DNA of 64,000 bases, from assembly GCA_036401335.1 (NCBI GenBank), contig DASWVC010000033.1, forward strand, positions 291 through 64,290. The letters run 5' to 3'. The position numbers and the translations under genes were made by a program. Under the pieces are notes generated by a model. It was given only the letters and a program-made list of their open reading frames with translations, was not told the DNA's origin and did no database searches. Shown piece by piece: positions 36,498 to 46,030 of the stretch. This DNA is from Chthoniobacterales bacterium (GTDB lineage: Bacteria; Verrucomicrobiota; Verrucomicrobiia; Chthoniobacterales; JAFAMB01). Positions within the stretch are counted from its first letter, which is position 1. Every line of letters begins with the position of its first letter.

Positions 36498-37580
36498 TCA
36501 GAATTTGAGCTCGAGTTGCCCGGCCATTACCCTTCGGAACGCGCCGGCGTTCAAGCGTGGCGCGTCGTGTGCCAATCCGGCCCGACGGGAACTTACTTCA
36601 AACATCCGGTGCAGCTGCTGGGCCAGGGGGCCGTTCCCCCGCATCCGCTCGCCGAACTCACTCACGTTAAGTTTGCCGTCCCGCATTGACCGGATCTGGT
36701 CGAGGACGCGGTTTTTACGCTCGGGAAAATGCTTTTCGAGCCATTGAGTGAACAGGGGCGCCACCGCAAGCGGCAGCCGAACCATCGTCATGCCGGCAAA
36801 GGTGGCGCCCGCCGCGGCCGCGGCCGCGAGGAGGGCGGGGATTTCGTGATCATTTAGCCCCGGCATTACCGGCGCCAGGTTAATCCCGACCGGAATCCCG
36901 CTGGCGCGCAACCGTTCCACAGCACGGAGCCGGGCTGCAGGTGCCGAAGCTCGCGGCTCGAGTTTTCGCGCAAGGTCAAGGTCGAGGGTGGTCAGCGAAA
37001 GGGTGACCGCAACGGCCTTGTGGGCGGCCAGTTCCGTCAGCAGATCGGCATCCCGCGTGACCAGCTGATTCTTGGTGATGACAAAGACCGGGTTACGGAA
37101 ACGCGCCAATACCTCCAAGCAGGCACGGGTGAGGCCCAGCTTGGCCTCAACTGGCTGGTAGCAATCGGTTACGCCGCTCAAGGTGAGCGTCTGAGGCCTC
37201 CAGGAAGGTGCGCTTAGCTCTGCCGCAAGCAGGTCCGGCGCCCGCCTTTTCACGAGGATTTTGCTTTCAAAGTCCAGGCCCGCCGAGAACCCGAGGAATT
37301 CATGGGTTGGCCGGGCATAACAATAGGCGCAGCCGTGTTCGCAACCCCGGTAAGGGTTCACGCTTACCTCGAACCCGACATCCGGGCTTTGGTTCCGCGC
37401 AATGATTGTCCGGGCATCGTCTTCCAGGATTTCCGTGACAACCTGGTCCCGCTGAGTCGAAGGTTCGTCGGACGGATCCGCTTCGTAATGCAGCTTGGCA
37501 AAGCGGTTGACCGGATTGCCGGTGGCTCCCCGCCCGCGTGGCCGGCCTGACGGTTCAGGATCGAACGTACACCGGCTCAT
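36498..37580 (-). CDS. Radical SAM protein, PA0069 / SplB-like (COG1533) family
   Basis: Contains NRFAKLHYE and VNPYRGCEHGCAYCYARPTHEFLGF (CxxxCxxC cluster). Start at ATG 37580 (MSRCTFDP); the 122-codon upstream extension overlaps the next gene. Confidence 0.88.
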   Translation of the reverse strand: MSRCTFDPEPSGRPRGRGATGNPVNRFAKLHYEADPSDEPSTQRDQVVTEILEDDARTIIARNQSPDVGFEVSVNPYRGCEHGCAYCYARPTHEFLGFSAGLDFESKILVKRRAPDLLAAELSAPSWRPQTLTLSGVTDCYQPVEAKLGLTRACLEVLARFRNPVFVITKNQLVTRDADLLTELAAHKAVAVTLSLTTLDLDLARKLEPRASAPAARLRAVERLRASGIPVGINLAPVMPGLNDHEIPALLAAAAAAGATFAGMTMVRLPLAVAPLFTQWLEKHFPERKNRVLDQIRSMRDGKLNVSEFGERMRGNGPLAQQLHRMFEVSSRRAGLAHDAPRLNAGAFRRVMAGQLELKF

Positions 37581-38133
37581 TTCCTGCTTTCCATTTGATG
37601 CTGCAGCCGGTACTGGCACGTTGGTCGGGAGAAACGGCGTGCCCGGCCAGGACCGCATCCACGGCTGCCCGAAGGTCCCGGCCGGTTGGCGGCTGAGCGT
37701 TTCCCGGCCGGCTGTCATCCAGTTGGCCCCGGTACACGAGGCGGAGGCTGCCATCAAACAGGAAAAAATCCGGCGTGCACACCGCCCGGTAAGCTTTGGC
37801 CACGTCCTGCGGTTCGTCGTAAAGCACCGGAAACGGCAAATCGCGGGCGAACTCAGCCAGTCTGTCCGGTGCGTCCTCAGGGTATTGCTGGGCATCATTG
37901 GCACTGATGCCCGCGATGCGCACACCCTTCGGCAGGTAATCGGCACCGAAACGGGCCAGCTCAGGTTTGACCTGGATGACGTAAGGGCAATGGCGGCACA
38001 GGAAAACCACGAGTAGCGCCCGGCCGCCGCTCAGGTCCGACAAGGAAACAAGTTCACCGCTGGTGACCTCCGGAAGTTGAAAGTTCGGTGCGGTCCGGCC
38101 AAGCTCAGCACCTGTGGATAGGGTTGCCGTCAT
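37555..38133 (-). CDS. Thioredoxin-fold (AhpC/TSA-like) thiol-disulfide oxidoreductase
   Basis: APNFQLPEV...ALLVVFLCRHCPYV (CxxC). Start at ATG 38133. Confidence 0.85.
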   Translation of the reverse strand: MTATLSTGAELGRTAPNFQLPEVTSGELVSLSDLSGGRALLVVFLCRHCPYVIQVKPELARFGADYLPKGVRIAGISANDAQQYPEDAPDRLAEFARDLPFPVLYDEPQDVAKAYRAVCTPDFFLFDGSLRLVYRGQLDDSRPGNAQPPTGRDLRAAVDAVLAGHAVSPDQRASTGCSIKWKAGNEPVYVRS

Positions 38134-38178
38134 CTGGAAACATGCCACGAACCGGAAGCTTGCCAATCTTTGCTGGCC

Positions 38179-39105
38179 TTAACCCGCGTCTGCCCCAAGT
38201 GGGACATGCCAGGAGGCCGGCACTTCTAGAGGGCGGGCCACCATGATGCCGCCGAATTTGGCGTAGCGGTAAAGGTACTGGTGTAAAGGGACGTCAATGA
38301 TAACGCTCCGGGCATCTTTGGAGGCGTGCATGAAGTGGAGCGCCCCATTTGTATCGCGCAGGGCAAGGCCGACATGTTCGGTGAACCCATCCCGGAAACT
38401 GCTGCTGATGCAGATCACGTCTCCGTCGCGAAGCAGGGGTTCAACCGCCGCCACACGCGCTTTTGGGATGTGGTAGATGGTGCGGGCCGAAAGGTTCGAT
38501 TCGATCCGGCGGATGGCCGGCACCAGCTCGGGGTTGTTCCGCAGGTAACGTGAGCGGCGCCACGTGGTCGACATCTCGTCCTCGTAATGACCCGTCATCG
38601 GCACACCGCCCAATGACCTCGTCAGGTCCTTGACGAGCCCCCGGCGTTCGTTGTCGGCCAGCCAGTCTTCCAGGTGGTGAAGGCGGGAGGTAAAGGACCC
38701 GGTGCAACGGCCCCCGCGGTAACGGTCCAGTTCGATCAGGGCCAGCAGGTCATTCGGAGTGTACGGTGGGTTTTTTATTTCGAGCATGCGTGCAAACCCG
38801 AGCGAGACCTCGAAGTAGGTCCAGCAGTCCATGCCGAGAAAATCAACCGAGGGTGCCTCGGTGTGGTCATCGATTTCCAGGGTGAAGTTGCGGTAAGGCG
38901 TCCCTTGTAAGGCCCTGCCGACGGCGGCCGTGCGTTCTCCCAAGGGCAGCACCCGCCAGTTTTCCTGGTCCGCCCGCCGGACCAGACCGGCAAACACGGA
39001 ATCACCTCGGAACACGGTGGCAAACGGCAGGGGCGCGGCGAAGAGGAAAGTTGACGGAATCAGGAGGCACGACAACGCGGACCAGACGGCTAAGATCAAA
39101 CGCAT
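38179..39105 (-). CDS. Secreted DUF1460 protein (amidase-like fold)
   Basis: Signal peptide MRLILAVWSALSCLLIPSTFLFAAP, with GMDCWTYFEVSLGFARM and HVGLALRDTNGALHFMHAS. Start at 39105 (alternative 39153). The upper 200 codons of the 509-aa ORF are antisense to the yqeY-like gene and are rejected. Confidence 0.8.
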   Translation of the reverse strand: MRLILAVWSALSCLLIPSTFLFAAPLPFATVFRGDSVFAGLVRRADQENWRVLPLGERTAAVGRALQGTPYRNFTLEIDDHTEAPSVDFLGMDCWTYFEVSLGFARMLEIKNPPYTPNDLLALIELDRYRGGRCTGSFTSRLHHLEDWLADNERRGLVKDLTRSLGGVPMTGHYEDEMSTTWRRSRYLRNNPELVPAIRRIESNLSARTIYHIPKARVAAVEPLLRDGDVICISSSFRDGFTEHVGLALRDTNGALHFMHASKDARSVIIDVPLHQYLYRYAKFGGIMVARPLEVPASWHVPLGADAG

Positions 39106-39270
39106 GGCTTGAGCGGTCGAAGGCAAGAGTGAACGCGAGTCACTTCGCTTCATCGGCAGAACGGCGGCGCGCTTTAACCCGCGTTCGCCTGATCTTTCTG
39201 GTAAGGTTAGGGGCTGCCCCGGCTCCCAGCCCGCCTTGCGAAAGGCCCGAAGTCGCCTACACTCGTCCAC

Positions 39271-39723
39271 ATGACCATCCAGGAGCGGGTCGACCACGAC
39301 CTCAAGGAAGCGATGCGCGCCAGGGATGCCGGCCGGCTGTCGGTGTTGCGCCTGGCCAAAGCGGCGTTGATGAACGCCGCCATCGAAAAGCATGGGGCAG
39401 CCGGCAAACTTGCCGAGGCTGAGGCGTTGGCGGTGCTCCGCAAACAAGTCAAACAACGTCACGATGCCATCGCCAGCTTTGAGCAGGGCGGACGTCCTGA
39501 GTTGGCGGAAAAGGAGAAGAAGGAACTTGATTATTTGGCCGAATACCTGCCCACCCCCTTGAGCGAAGCACAGGTCGAGGAGTTGGTCCGAAGCGTGATC
39601 AATCGGGTAGGCGCTACCTCCAAGGCGCAATTGGGTCAGGTCATGAAAGCCGCTTCGGAACAGGCGGCGGGCCGTGCGGACGGTAAGGCGCTCAACCGGG
39701 TGGCGCAAAAGTTGTTAGGCTGA
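39271..39723 (+). CDS. GatB/YqeY domain protein
   Basis: 150 aa, starting MTIQERVDHDLKEAMRARD, with RLAKAA, KQRHDAIASFEQGGRPELAEKEKKEL and LGQVMK. Confidence 0.9.
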   Translation: MTIQERVDHDLKEAMRARDAGRLSVLRLAKAALMNAAIEKHGAAGKLAEAEALAVLRKQVKQRHDAIASFEQGGRPELAEKEKKELDYLAEYLPTPLSEAQVEELVRSVINRVGATSKAQLGQVMKAASEQAAGRADGKALNRVAQKLLG

Positions 39724-39815
39724 AGCTCCTGGGTCGGTCGGTGTGCAGAGGTGCAGGCTTTTGGCGGGTGGACGGCGGTCATGCGCCCGGTCCCCCCGGG
39801 GTAACGGCGTTGTGT

Positions 39816-40520
39816 ATGTTAAATGTAAGTGCAATCGTGGTCGCGGCGGGAAGCAGTCGGCGCATGGGCTTTGACAAATTGCTTGTCCCGATCTCAGGGC
39901 GTTCCGTTTTGCTGCATTCCCTGGACCGGTTTGAGGCCTGCCCCGCCGTTGGCGAAATCGTTCTGGTGCTCCACCCGGAGCGTCGCAAAGAGATCGGGCG
40001 AATCGTTGAGGCCGAACGTTACACAAAGTTGCACCGGGTGGTGGAGGGCGGCAGTGAGCGTCACCTGTCGGTTTGGGCAGGGCTGCAGGCGAGCAGACTG
40101 GAAGCGGACCTCGTGGCCGTCCACGATGCGGCGCGCCCGTTGGTCCGTCCGGAGGCCATCATGCACGCGATTCACCAAGCCGGTTTGTGCGGTGCCGTTG
40201 CGTTGGCTGCGCCGGTGGTGGAAACCTTGAAGCGAACCGGCCGGGATAACGTAGTGACCGCGAGCGTGGACCGTCAAGGACTGTGGGCGATGCAGACACC
40301 GCAAATTTTCCGGCGCGACTGGCTCTGGGCCGGCTACCAAACCATTCTCGCGCGGGGCGAAGTTGTGACGGATGAGGTATCGGCCGTGCAGGCGGCGGGG
40401 CATCCAGTCAAATTGTTGGAAAATCTAACCTGGAACTTGAAGATTACCTTTCCGCGCGATTTGGAGATGGCAGAAAGCTTGATGCGCCTAGTGCCCGGCG
40501 TGATCGGCAAAGAAGGTTAA
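39816..40520 (+). CDS. ispD: 2-C-methyl-D-erythritol 4-phosphate cytidylyltransferase
   Basis: Begins MLNVSAIVVAAGSSRRMG, with VAVHDAARP and LWAMQTPQIF. Start at ATG 39816. Confidence 0.92.
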   Translation: MLNVSAIVVAAGSSRRMGFDKLLVPISGRSVLLHSLDRFEACPAVGEIVLVLHPERRKEIGRIVEAERYTKLHRVVEGGSERHLSVWAGLQASRLEADLVAVHDAARPLVRPEAIMHAIHQAGLCGAVALAAPVVETLKRTGRDNVVTASVDRQGLWAMQTPQIFRRDWLWAGYQTILARGEVVTDEVSAVQAAGHPVKLLENLTWNLKITFPRDLEMAESLMRLVPGVIGKEG

Positions 40521-40542
40521 TCCGTAGTTCTTTTTTGCACCC

Positions 40543-41820
40543 GTGACGCAGTACCAGACTACCACCCTAGCCAACGGCGTTCGCATTGCCACACGCGAAA
40601 TGCCGCAAATGAAAAGTGTGAGTGTCGGCCTCTGGGTTGGCGTCGGCGGCCGTCATGAGCCGGAGAGCCATTGCGGCATTTCCCATTTTCTTGAACACCT
40701 CCTCTTCAAGGGAACTCAGCGTCGGTCGTCCCGGCAGATTACGGAGCAAGTAGAAGGTCTGGGCGGCTTTATCAATGCGTTTACGACGGAGGACCACACC
40801 TGTTTCTACGCCAAAGCCGGAGCCCAGCATTTACCGGTGCTGGCCGATGTGCTCTGCGACATGTACCAACAATCGGTGCTGGCTGAGCACGAAATCGAGC
40901 GCGAGCGCGACGTGATTCGTGAGGAAATCCTGATGTACCGGGACCAGCCGTCCCAATTTTCCCAGGAACTCCTTTCCGAGGTCATGTGGCCTGACCATGC
41001 CCTTGGCCGTCCGCTGACGGGTTCAGTTGCATCAATTGGCCGGATTGGCCGAGCGGACCTGGTTGACTACATCGGCCGCAATTACAACGGCAGTACCACC
41101 GTGATTACCGTGGCCGGGCAGTGCGTGCACGAACGTGTCGTGGCCGAGTTCGGTCCACGGTTGGAAAAGCTGGCCGCAGGCAGCGTCCCGGATCCGCAGC
41201 CTTGGTCCGAGGTGGCCCCCCGGTTATCTCGCTTATCCCTCGCGCCGCACGAAACTGAGCAGACCCACCTCGCGATTGGTTACCATGCCATGAGCCGCAC
41301 CGATGAACGTCGGCATGCGCTTAAACTGCTCAGCGTGATCCTGGGCGAGAACATGAGTTCACGCCTGTTTCAGCAATTACGGGAACGCTACGCCTACTGT
41401 TACTCCATCCAGAGCGGCACTTTGGTGCTCGAAGATTCCGGTCTCCTCAACATCTGCGTCGGCCTTGAGCCGCGCAAACTCCGGAACGCGCTGCGGGCCA
41501 TCGGCCGCGAACTGCAGAAACTGCGAAGCCATGCCCCCTCCCGCAAAGAGCTTCGGCAAGCCCAGGAGTACACCGTTGGTCAGAATGAGCTGAGCTTGGA
41601 AAGCACCACCAACCAGGTCATGTGGATGGGGGAATCAATGATTGCCTACGGAACGGTGATCGATCCGGACCAAGTCCAAACAAAATTGAAAGGGGTGACG
41701 CCGGAGATGGTGCAGGAAGTGGCCCAACTCTGTTTCGATCCCGATCGCCTCGGAATCGCGGTGGTGGGCCGGGTTGACCGGAACCGTTTGGAAAAATGGG
41801 TTGGAGAAATCGGGTTTTAG
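40543..41820 (+). CDS. M16 family (pitrilysin-like) zinc peptidase
   Basis: Inverted zinc motif HFLEHLLFKGT; GTG start; 425 aa. Confidence 0.88.
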   Translation: MTQYQTTTLANGVRIATREMPQMKSVSVGLWVGVGGRHEPESHCGISHFLEHLLFKGTQRRSSRQITEQVEGLGGFINAFTTEDHTCFYAKAGAQHLPVLADVLCDMYQQSVLAEHEIERERDVIREEILMYRDQPSQFSQELLSEVMWPDHALGRPLTGSVASIGRIGRADLVDYIGRNYNGSTTVITVAGQCVHERVVAEFGPRLEKLAAGSVPDPQPWSEVAPRLSRLSLAPHETEQTHLAIGYHAMSRTDERRHALKLLSVILGENMSSRLFQQLRERYAYCYSIQSGTLVLEDSGLLNICVGLEPRKLRNALRAIGRELQKLRSHAPSRKELRQAQEYTVGQNELSLESTTNQVMWMGESMIAYGTVIDPDQVQTKLKGVTPEMVQEVAQLCFDPDRLGIAVVGRVDRNRLEKWVGEIGF

Positions 41821-41872
41821 AGGGCCCGGCGTGCACCGAGCCAGCCCGGCCTTTTCGGAAACCCCTTCCTGT

Positions 41873-43228
41873 TTAGTTGTGAATGACGGTTCCCAGGGCC
41901 AGCACCGCGGCCAGGCCGAGCACCGAGAGCAACGTCTCCATCGCCGTCCAGGATTTGAAGGTGTCGCCCATGCTCAGCCCGAAAAACTCTTTTACCAGCC
42001 AGAAACCTGCGTCGTTCACGTGGGAGAGGATGATCGAGCCAGAACCGGTCGCCAACACCATGAGCTCGCGACTGACCGTGGGCTGAGCGTCAAGCAGAGG
42101 GCTGGCAATGCCAGCGCCGGTAATCATCGCAACCGTAGCGGAACCGGTTGCCACCCGCACCACCGCAGCGGCCAGCCAAGCCAGCAGAAGGGGAGAGACG
42201 TGGGCCTGGGCGGACGCCCTGGCGATCAGATCACCAATTTTCGTGGCGATGAGCATCTGTTTGAAACCGCCGCCGGCTCCCACGATGAGCACCACGGCCG
42301 CGATCGGTTCAAGGCTTTTGCCCAGCAATCCTTGAAGGTCTCCCATGGAACGGCCCTCGCGCAGGCCGAGGGCGACAATGGCGAACAGCAAGGCAAGGAG
42401 CAGGGCGATAATCGGGTCGCCAATGAAGTCGATCACCTCTTTGATGGCGGGGGGCGGGTTAAGGCCGTCGGCGAGCGACCGGCCCATCATCAACGCCGGG
42501 GGCAGCAGGATGGCCGTAAGGACTGCCGCCAAGCCCGGCGATTGGGCCGGATGCGCGGCGGTTGGCTCACCGCGCTCCGAACCTTGCGTTCGCGCATCTG
42601 CCGACGCTCGCAGAAAGGGAGCTGCGATCAGCGCATAGCCCGGGCCGGCGACAAGACCCACGGGTAAACCGACCAGAATGCCATAGAAAATCGTTTTGCC
42701 GACGTCGGCGTGAAAAGTCGCGGCCGCCAGGGTCGGGGCCGGGTGGGGCGGGACAAGGGCGTGGGCGACCGACAGACCCGCCAGGAGCGGCAGACCCACA
42801 ACCAAAATGGGGGCCTTAATCTGGCGGGCAACGGCGAATGCCAACGGCACCAGCAGCACGAACCCCACCTCGAAAAACAATGGCAGGCCGATCAACAGCG
42901 CGGTGAAAAAAATCGTCCAGGGGACCCAGCGAGGACCTCCGAGCGAAACCAATGCATTGGCTAGCCGGTCGGCTCCCCCGGACGCGACGAGCAAACCGCC
43001 AAGCATGGTGCCCAGCCCGATAACGATTCCCACAAAGGCCAGCACGTCGCCAAACCCCTTTTCAAAGTTCTTCGTCACCTCGTCCGGAGGCAGACCCGCA
43101 AATAATCCCAGGAAAAGGGAGGCCGCGATAAGGGCGAGGAAAGGGTGCACCTTAAACCGGGTCACCAGAAGAATCAGCAGGAGAATCGCCAGGACGGCGG
43201 CAACAACACGGGTGAGGTCGGGGGACAT
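41873..43228 (-). CDS. GntP family gluconate/sugar-acid:H+ symporter
   Basis: 451-aa polytopic protein with GntP-type N-terminus and termini conservation. Confidence 0.88.
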   Translation of the reverse strand: MSPDLTRVVAAVLAILLLILLVTRFKVHPFLALIAASLFLGLFAGLPPDEVTKNFEKGFGDVLAFVGIVIGLGTMLGGLLVASGGADRLANALVSLGGPRWVPWTIFFTALLIGLPLFFEVGFVLLVPLAFAVARQIKAPILVVGLPLLAGLSVAHALVPPHPAPTLAAATFHADVGKTIFYGILVGLPVGLVAGPGYALIAAPFLRASADARTQGSERGEPTAAHPAQSPGLAAVLTAILLPPALMMGRSLADGLNPPPAIKEVIDFIGDPIIALLLALLFAIVALGLREGRSMGDLQGLLGKSLEPIAAVVLIVGAGGGFKQMLIATKIGDLIARASAQAHVSPLLLAWLAAAVVRVATGSATVAMITGAGIASPLLDAQPTVSRELMVLATGSGSIILSHVNDAGFWLVKEFFGLSMGDTFKSWTAMETLLSVLGLAAVLALGTVIHN

Positions 43229-43330
43229 GCGACGAGTTTAGCAGGCCTGCCGGCCGCGTAAAAGGGTGGATCCCACGCGCTAAAACACCGGCGAAGCGCG
43301 CGTCCGGGGCGCGCGGTGCGCGCACCGGTT

Positions 43331-43852
43331 TCAACCAGCTTTAAGGCCGAGTTTTTGGTCCGCGAGCTTGATAACGTCCTGAACCACCTCCTCCGGCGGC
43401 CGGTTTTCGTCGATCACAAACGCCTCATCTGCCTGCGGCTCTTCCAATGTGGCGAACTGGCTGTCCAACAACGCCTGGTTGAAAAAGTGCCCTGTGCGTG
43501 ATGCCAGTCGTCTGGCCACGACGTCGTGGTCGACCTTAAGGTAAAAAAAGTAAATGTTTGGCAAACCAGCCTTTAGGATCTCGCGGTACGCCCGTTTCAA
43601 CGCCGAGCAGGCGAGCACGCAGGAACGGCCGGCGTCCAGTTCCTGGCGCAGCGCCTCGTGCAGGTTGGCGAGCCAGCCGCTACGGTCCTCGTCGGTAAGG
43701 GGAATGCCGCGGTGCATCTTGTCTTTGTTGGCGGCGGAATGGTAGTCGTCGGCGTCGAGAAACTTGAGATTCAAGCGGCGGGCAACTTCGGTGCCGGTCT
43801 CCGACTTCCCGGAACCGGACACCCCGATGATGATAAGGGCGGCATTCGTCAT
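43331..43852 (-). CDS. gntK: Gluconokinase
   Basis: Begins MTNAALIIIGVSGSGKSETG (P-loop), with FLDADDYHSAANKDKMHRGIPLTDEDRSGWL. Start at ATG 43852. Confidence 0.9.
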   Translation of the reverse strand: MTNAALIIIGVSGSGKSETGTEVARRLNLKFLDADDYHSAANKDKMHRGIPLTDEDRSGWLANLHEALRQELDAGRSCVLACSALKRAYREILKAGLPNIYFFYLKVDHDVVARRLASRTGHFFNQALLDSQFATLEEPQADEAFVIDENRPPEEVVQDVIKLADQKLGLKAG

Positions 43853-44019
43853 GACAGCTGTTCGCGCGCAGAAGCAGCTGCGGTCAGGCGAAAGGGAGCT
43901 TTGGTCGAAACGGCTGGCCGGAGGCCTGGAAGAACGGGTCGGCGGGTCCGGTAGGGCGGCGAGTCCCTTCGCCGCCGGGGTATGCGGGTGGAAGAAGGCG
44001 GAGGCGTGCCGGGGCAAAT

Positions 44020-44988
44020 TCAACCGTGGCCGATTCCCGAACGCCGGGAGATCAGTTTCTGCAGAACGATAAACACCAGCAGCAAACCGCCGATCACGAT
44101 GCGCGTCCACCAGCTGTTAAGCGAACCGTTGAACGTGATCAAGGTCTGGATCAAACCGAGGATCAACACTCCCATCAGCGTTCCCGGTAAAAAACCGACG
44201 CCTCCGGTCAAGAGGGTGCCGCCGATAACCACGGCCGCAATCGCGTCGAGTTCCAGGCCCACAAACGAGGCCGGGTTGCCGGATTGCATGTAGAAGGTGG
44301 AGACAATGCCGGCCAGCGCCGAGAAAAAGCCGGCCAGCGCGTAGGTCCCCATCTTGGTGGCTCCGATCGGCAGGCCCATTAGCCGGGCGGAGGTTTCGTT
44401 TGAGCCGATTGCGTAAACGTTGCGGCCGAACCGGGTGAACGCGGCGAGGTACGTTCCCGCCACCGTCGCCAGGAGGAAGCAGATGGCCGTGAACGGCAGC
44501 ACCGCTTTCGGCGCCACGACAACGGAAAGCTGAGGCAGCAACGCGGCATAGAAAGGGTGCTCGATCGGAATGGATTCGCGGTAAACGACGAAGCTGAAAC
44601 CACGCAGAAGGAACAGCCCGGCCAGCGTGACCAGGAACGGAGGCAGTTCAAAAAAATGGATCAAAGCTCCCATCAACGCGCCTCCGCAGGTGCCAATGGC
44701 CAGGGCGCTCAGCATCGTCCAAACCGGATCGCAGCCGAGTTGAAGCAGCTTGGCGATGTAGATGCCGGTGAACGCGATGGACGAGCCCACCGAAAGATCG
44801 ATCCCGCCGGAAAGGATGACAAACGTTGCCCCGATCGCGGCGATGCCCAGGAACGCATTATCCCCGAGCAGGTTCACCAGCACCCTCGCGGTACCAAAAG
44901 CAGGGTAAAGGCAGCAGCCGACCGCATACAACCCAAGCAGGACCACCGCGGTAGCGGCCAGGGGCACGTATTTAGGGTTTATGCTCAT
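44020..44988 (-). CDS. Sugar ABC transporter permease (YjfF-like)
   Basis: 322-aa polytopic protein of the ribose/galactofuranose-type permease family. Confidence 0.85.
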   Translation of the reverse strand: MSINPKYVPLAATAVVLLGLYAVGCCLYPAFGTARVLVNLLGDNAFLGIAAIGATFVILSGGIDLSVGSSIAFTGIYIAKLLQLGCDPVWTMLSALAIGTCGGALMGALIHFFELPPFLVTLAGLFLLRGFSFVVYRESIPIEHPFYAALLPQLSVVVAPKAVLPFTAICFLLATVAGTYLAAFTRFGRNVYAIGSNETSARLMGLPIGATKMGTYALAGFFSALAGIVSTFYMQSGNPASFVGLELDAIAAVVIGGTLLTGGVGFLPGTLMGVLILGLIQTLITFNGSLNSWWTRIVIGGLLLVFIVLQKLISRRSGIGHG

Positions 44989-46030
44989 GCCAGGTCAGGC
45001 TGCGCGGAACCAGCTTCCGCAAGCGTTCACGGAAACTTGCGCTCTGCATCAGGCAGACCGCAACAATGACCAGCGCCTTCGGCACCGGAGAGATGTCAGC
45101 GCTGATGTTTCGCGCGTAGAGGGTCGTTGTGAGCGTCTGGATGAAGAGGGCGCCGATAACCGCGCCGACCAGGTAGAAACGTCCGCCAACCAGGGACGTG
45201 CCGCCGACCACCACCGCCAGGATCGCGTCCAGTTCCAGGTAAAGCCCGATGTTGTTGGCGTCCGCACTTTTGATGTTTGACGAGGCGATCAGTCCGGCCA
45301 GACCCGCGCAGAATCCGGAAAAGGTGTACACCATGAATTTGACCTGGCGGGCGTTGATGCCGGCGTAACGGCTGGCGCGGTCATTGTCTCCGACGGATTC
45401 GATGAACAGGCCCAGCGCCGTGCGCCGGACCAGCCCGTACGTCAGCAGCAGCATGACGATGACCAGCGTCAACGTGAACGGCAGTCCGAACAAATGTCCG
45501 TTTCCCAGAAAAACCATCAACGGGTCCCCGAAGTTAATGATTTGACCTTCGGTGACCAGTTGGGCCACCCCGCGCCCTGCCACCATCAGGATCAGGGTTG
45601 CCACAATGGGTTGGACACCGAACCCGGCGACCAGCAACCCGTTCCAGGCCCCGGCCAGGATCGAGGCCCCGAGCGCAACGGCGATCGCCGCCCAAGCCGA
45701 CGGGGCCGATGTGACCACCAGCCGCGCCGCCACTGCACTCGAAATTGCCATGACCGCGCCCACCGACAGGTCTACCCCGCCGGTGGAGATGACCAGGACC
45801 ATCCCCAGCGACAGGAGCATCACCTTTGCCCCCTGGTTCAGGATATCGATGCGCGACCCGTACAAATGGCCGTCCAACACCTGCAAACGAAAAAAGCCGG
45901 GAGTAAAGAACTGGTTAAACAGCAGCAACGCTCCCAGGGCGGCCAACGGCCACACGATCTTCTGTCGTCGCACCAGGAACAAAATGGCCGCAAAGACCAG
46001 CCAGAAGCCCGCATCCATCAACCAACTCAC
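44972..46030 (-). CDS. Sugar ABC transporter permease (YtfT-like)
   Basis: 352-aa polytopic protein that overlaps both neighbouring genes, as in an operon. Confidence 0.85.
   Translation of the reverse strand: MSWLMDAGFWLVFAAILFLVRRQKIVWPLAALGALLLFNQFFTPGFFRLQVLDGHLYGSRIDILNQGAKVMLLSLGMVLVISTGGVDLSVGAVMAISSAVAARLVVTSAPSAWAAIAVALGASILAGAWNGLLVAGFGVQPIVATLILMVAGRGVAQLVTEGQIINFGDPLMVFLGNGHLFGLPFTLTLVIVMLLLTYGLVRRTALGLFIESVGDNDRASRYAGINARQVKFMVYTFSGFCAGLAGLIASSNIKSADANNIGLYLELDAILAVVVGGTSLVGGRFYLVGAVIGALFIQTLTTTLYARNISADISPVPKALVIVAVCLMQSASFRERLRKLVPRSLTWHEHKP

Noticed and set aside
37581-37946. 122-codon N-terminal extension of the radical SAM ORF
   Set aside because: The extension overlaps the thioredoxin-fold gene in another frame and has no conservation. 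Family-typical sequence starts just after the ATG at 37580.
39106-39708. Upper 200 codons of the 509-aa ORF 38179..39708
   Set aside because: This part is antisense to the well-conserved GatB/YqeY gene (39271-39723). The recognisable DUF1460 protein, with its signal peptide, starts at 39105 or 39153.
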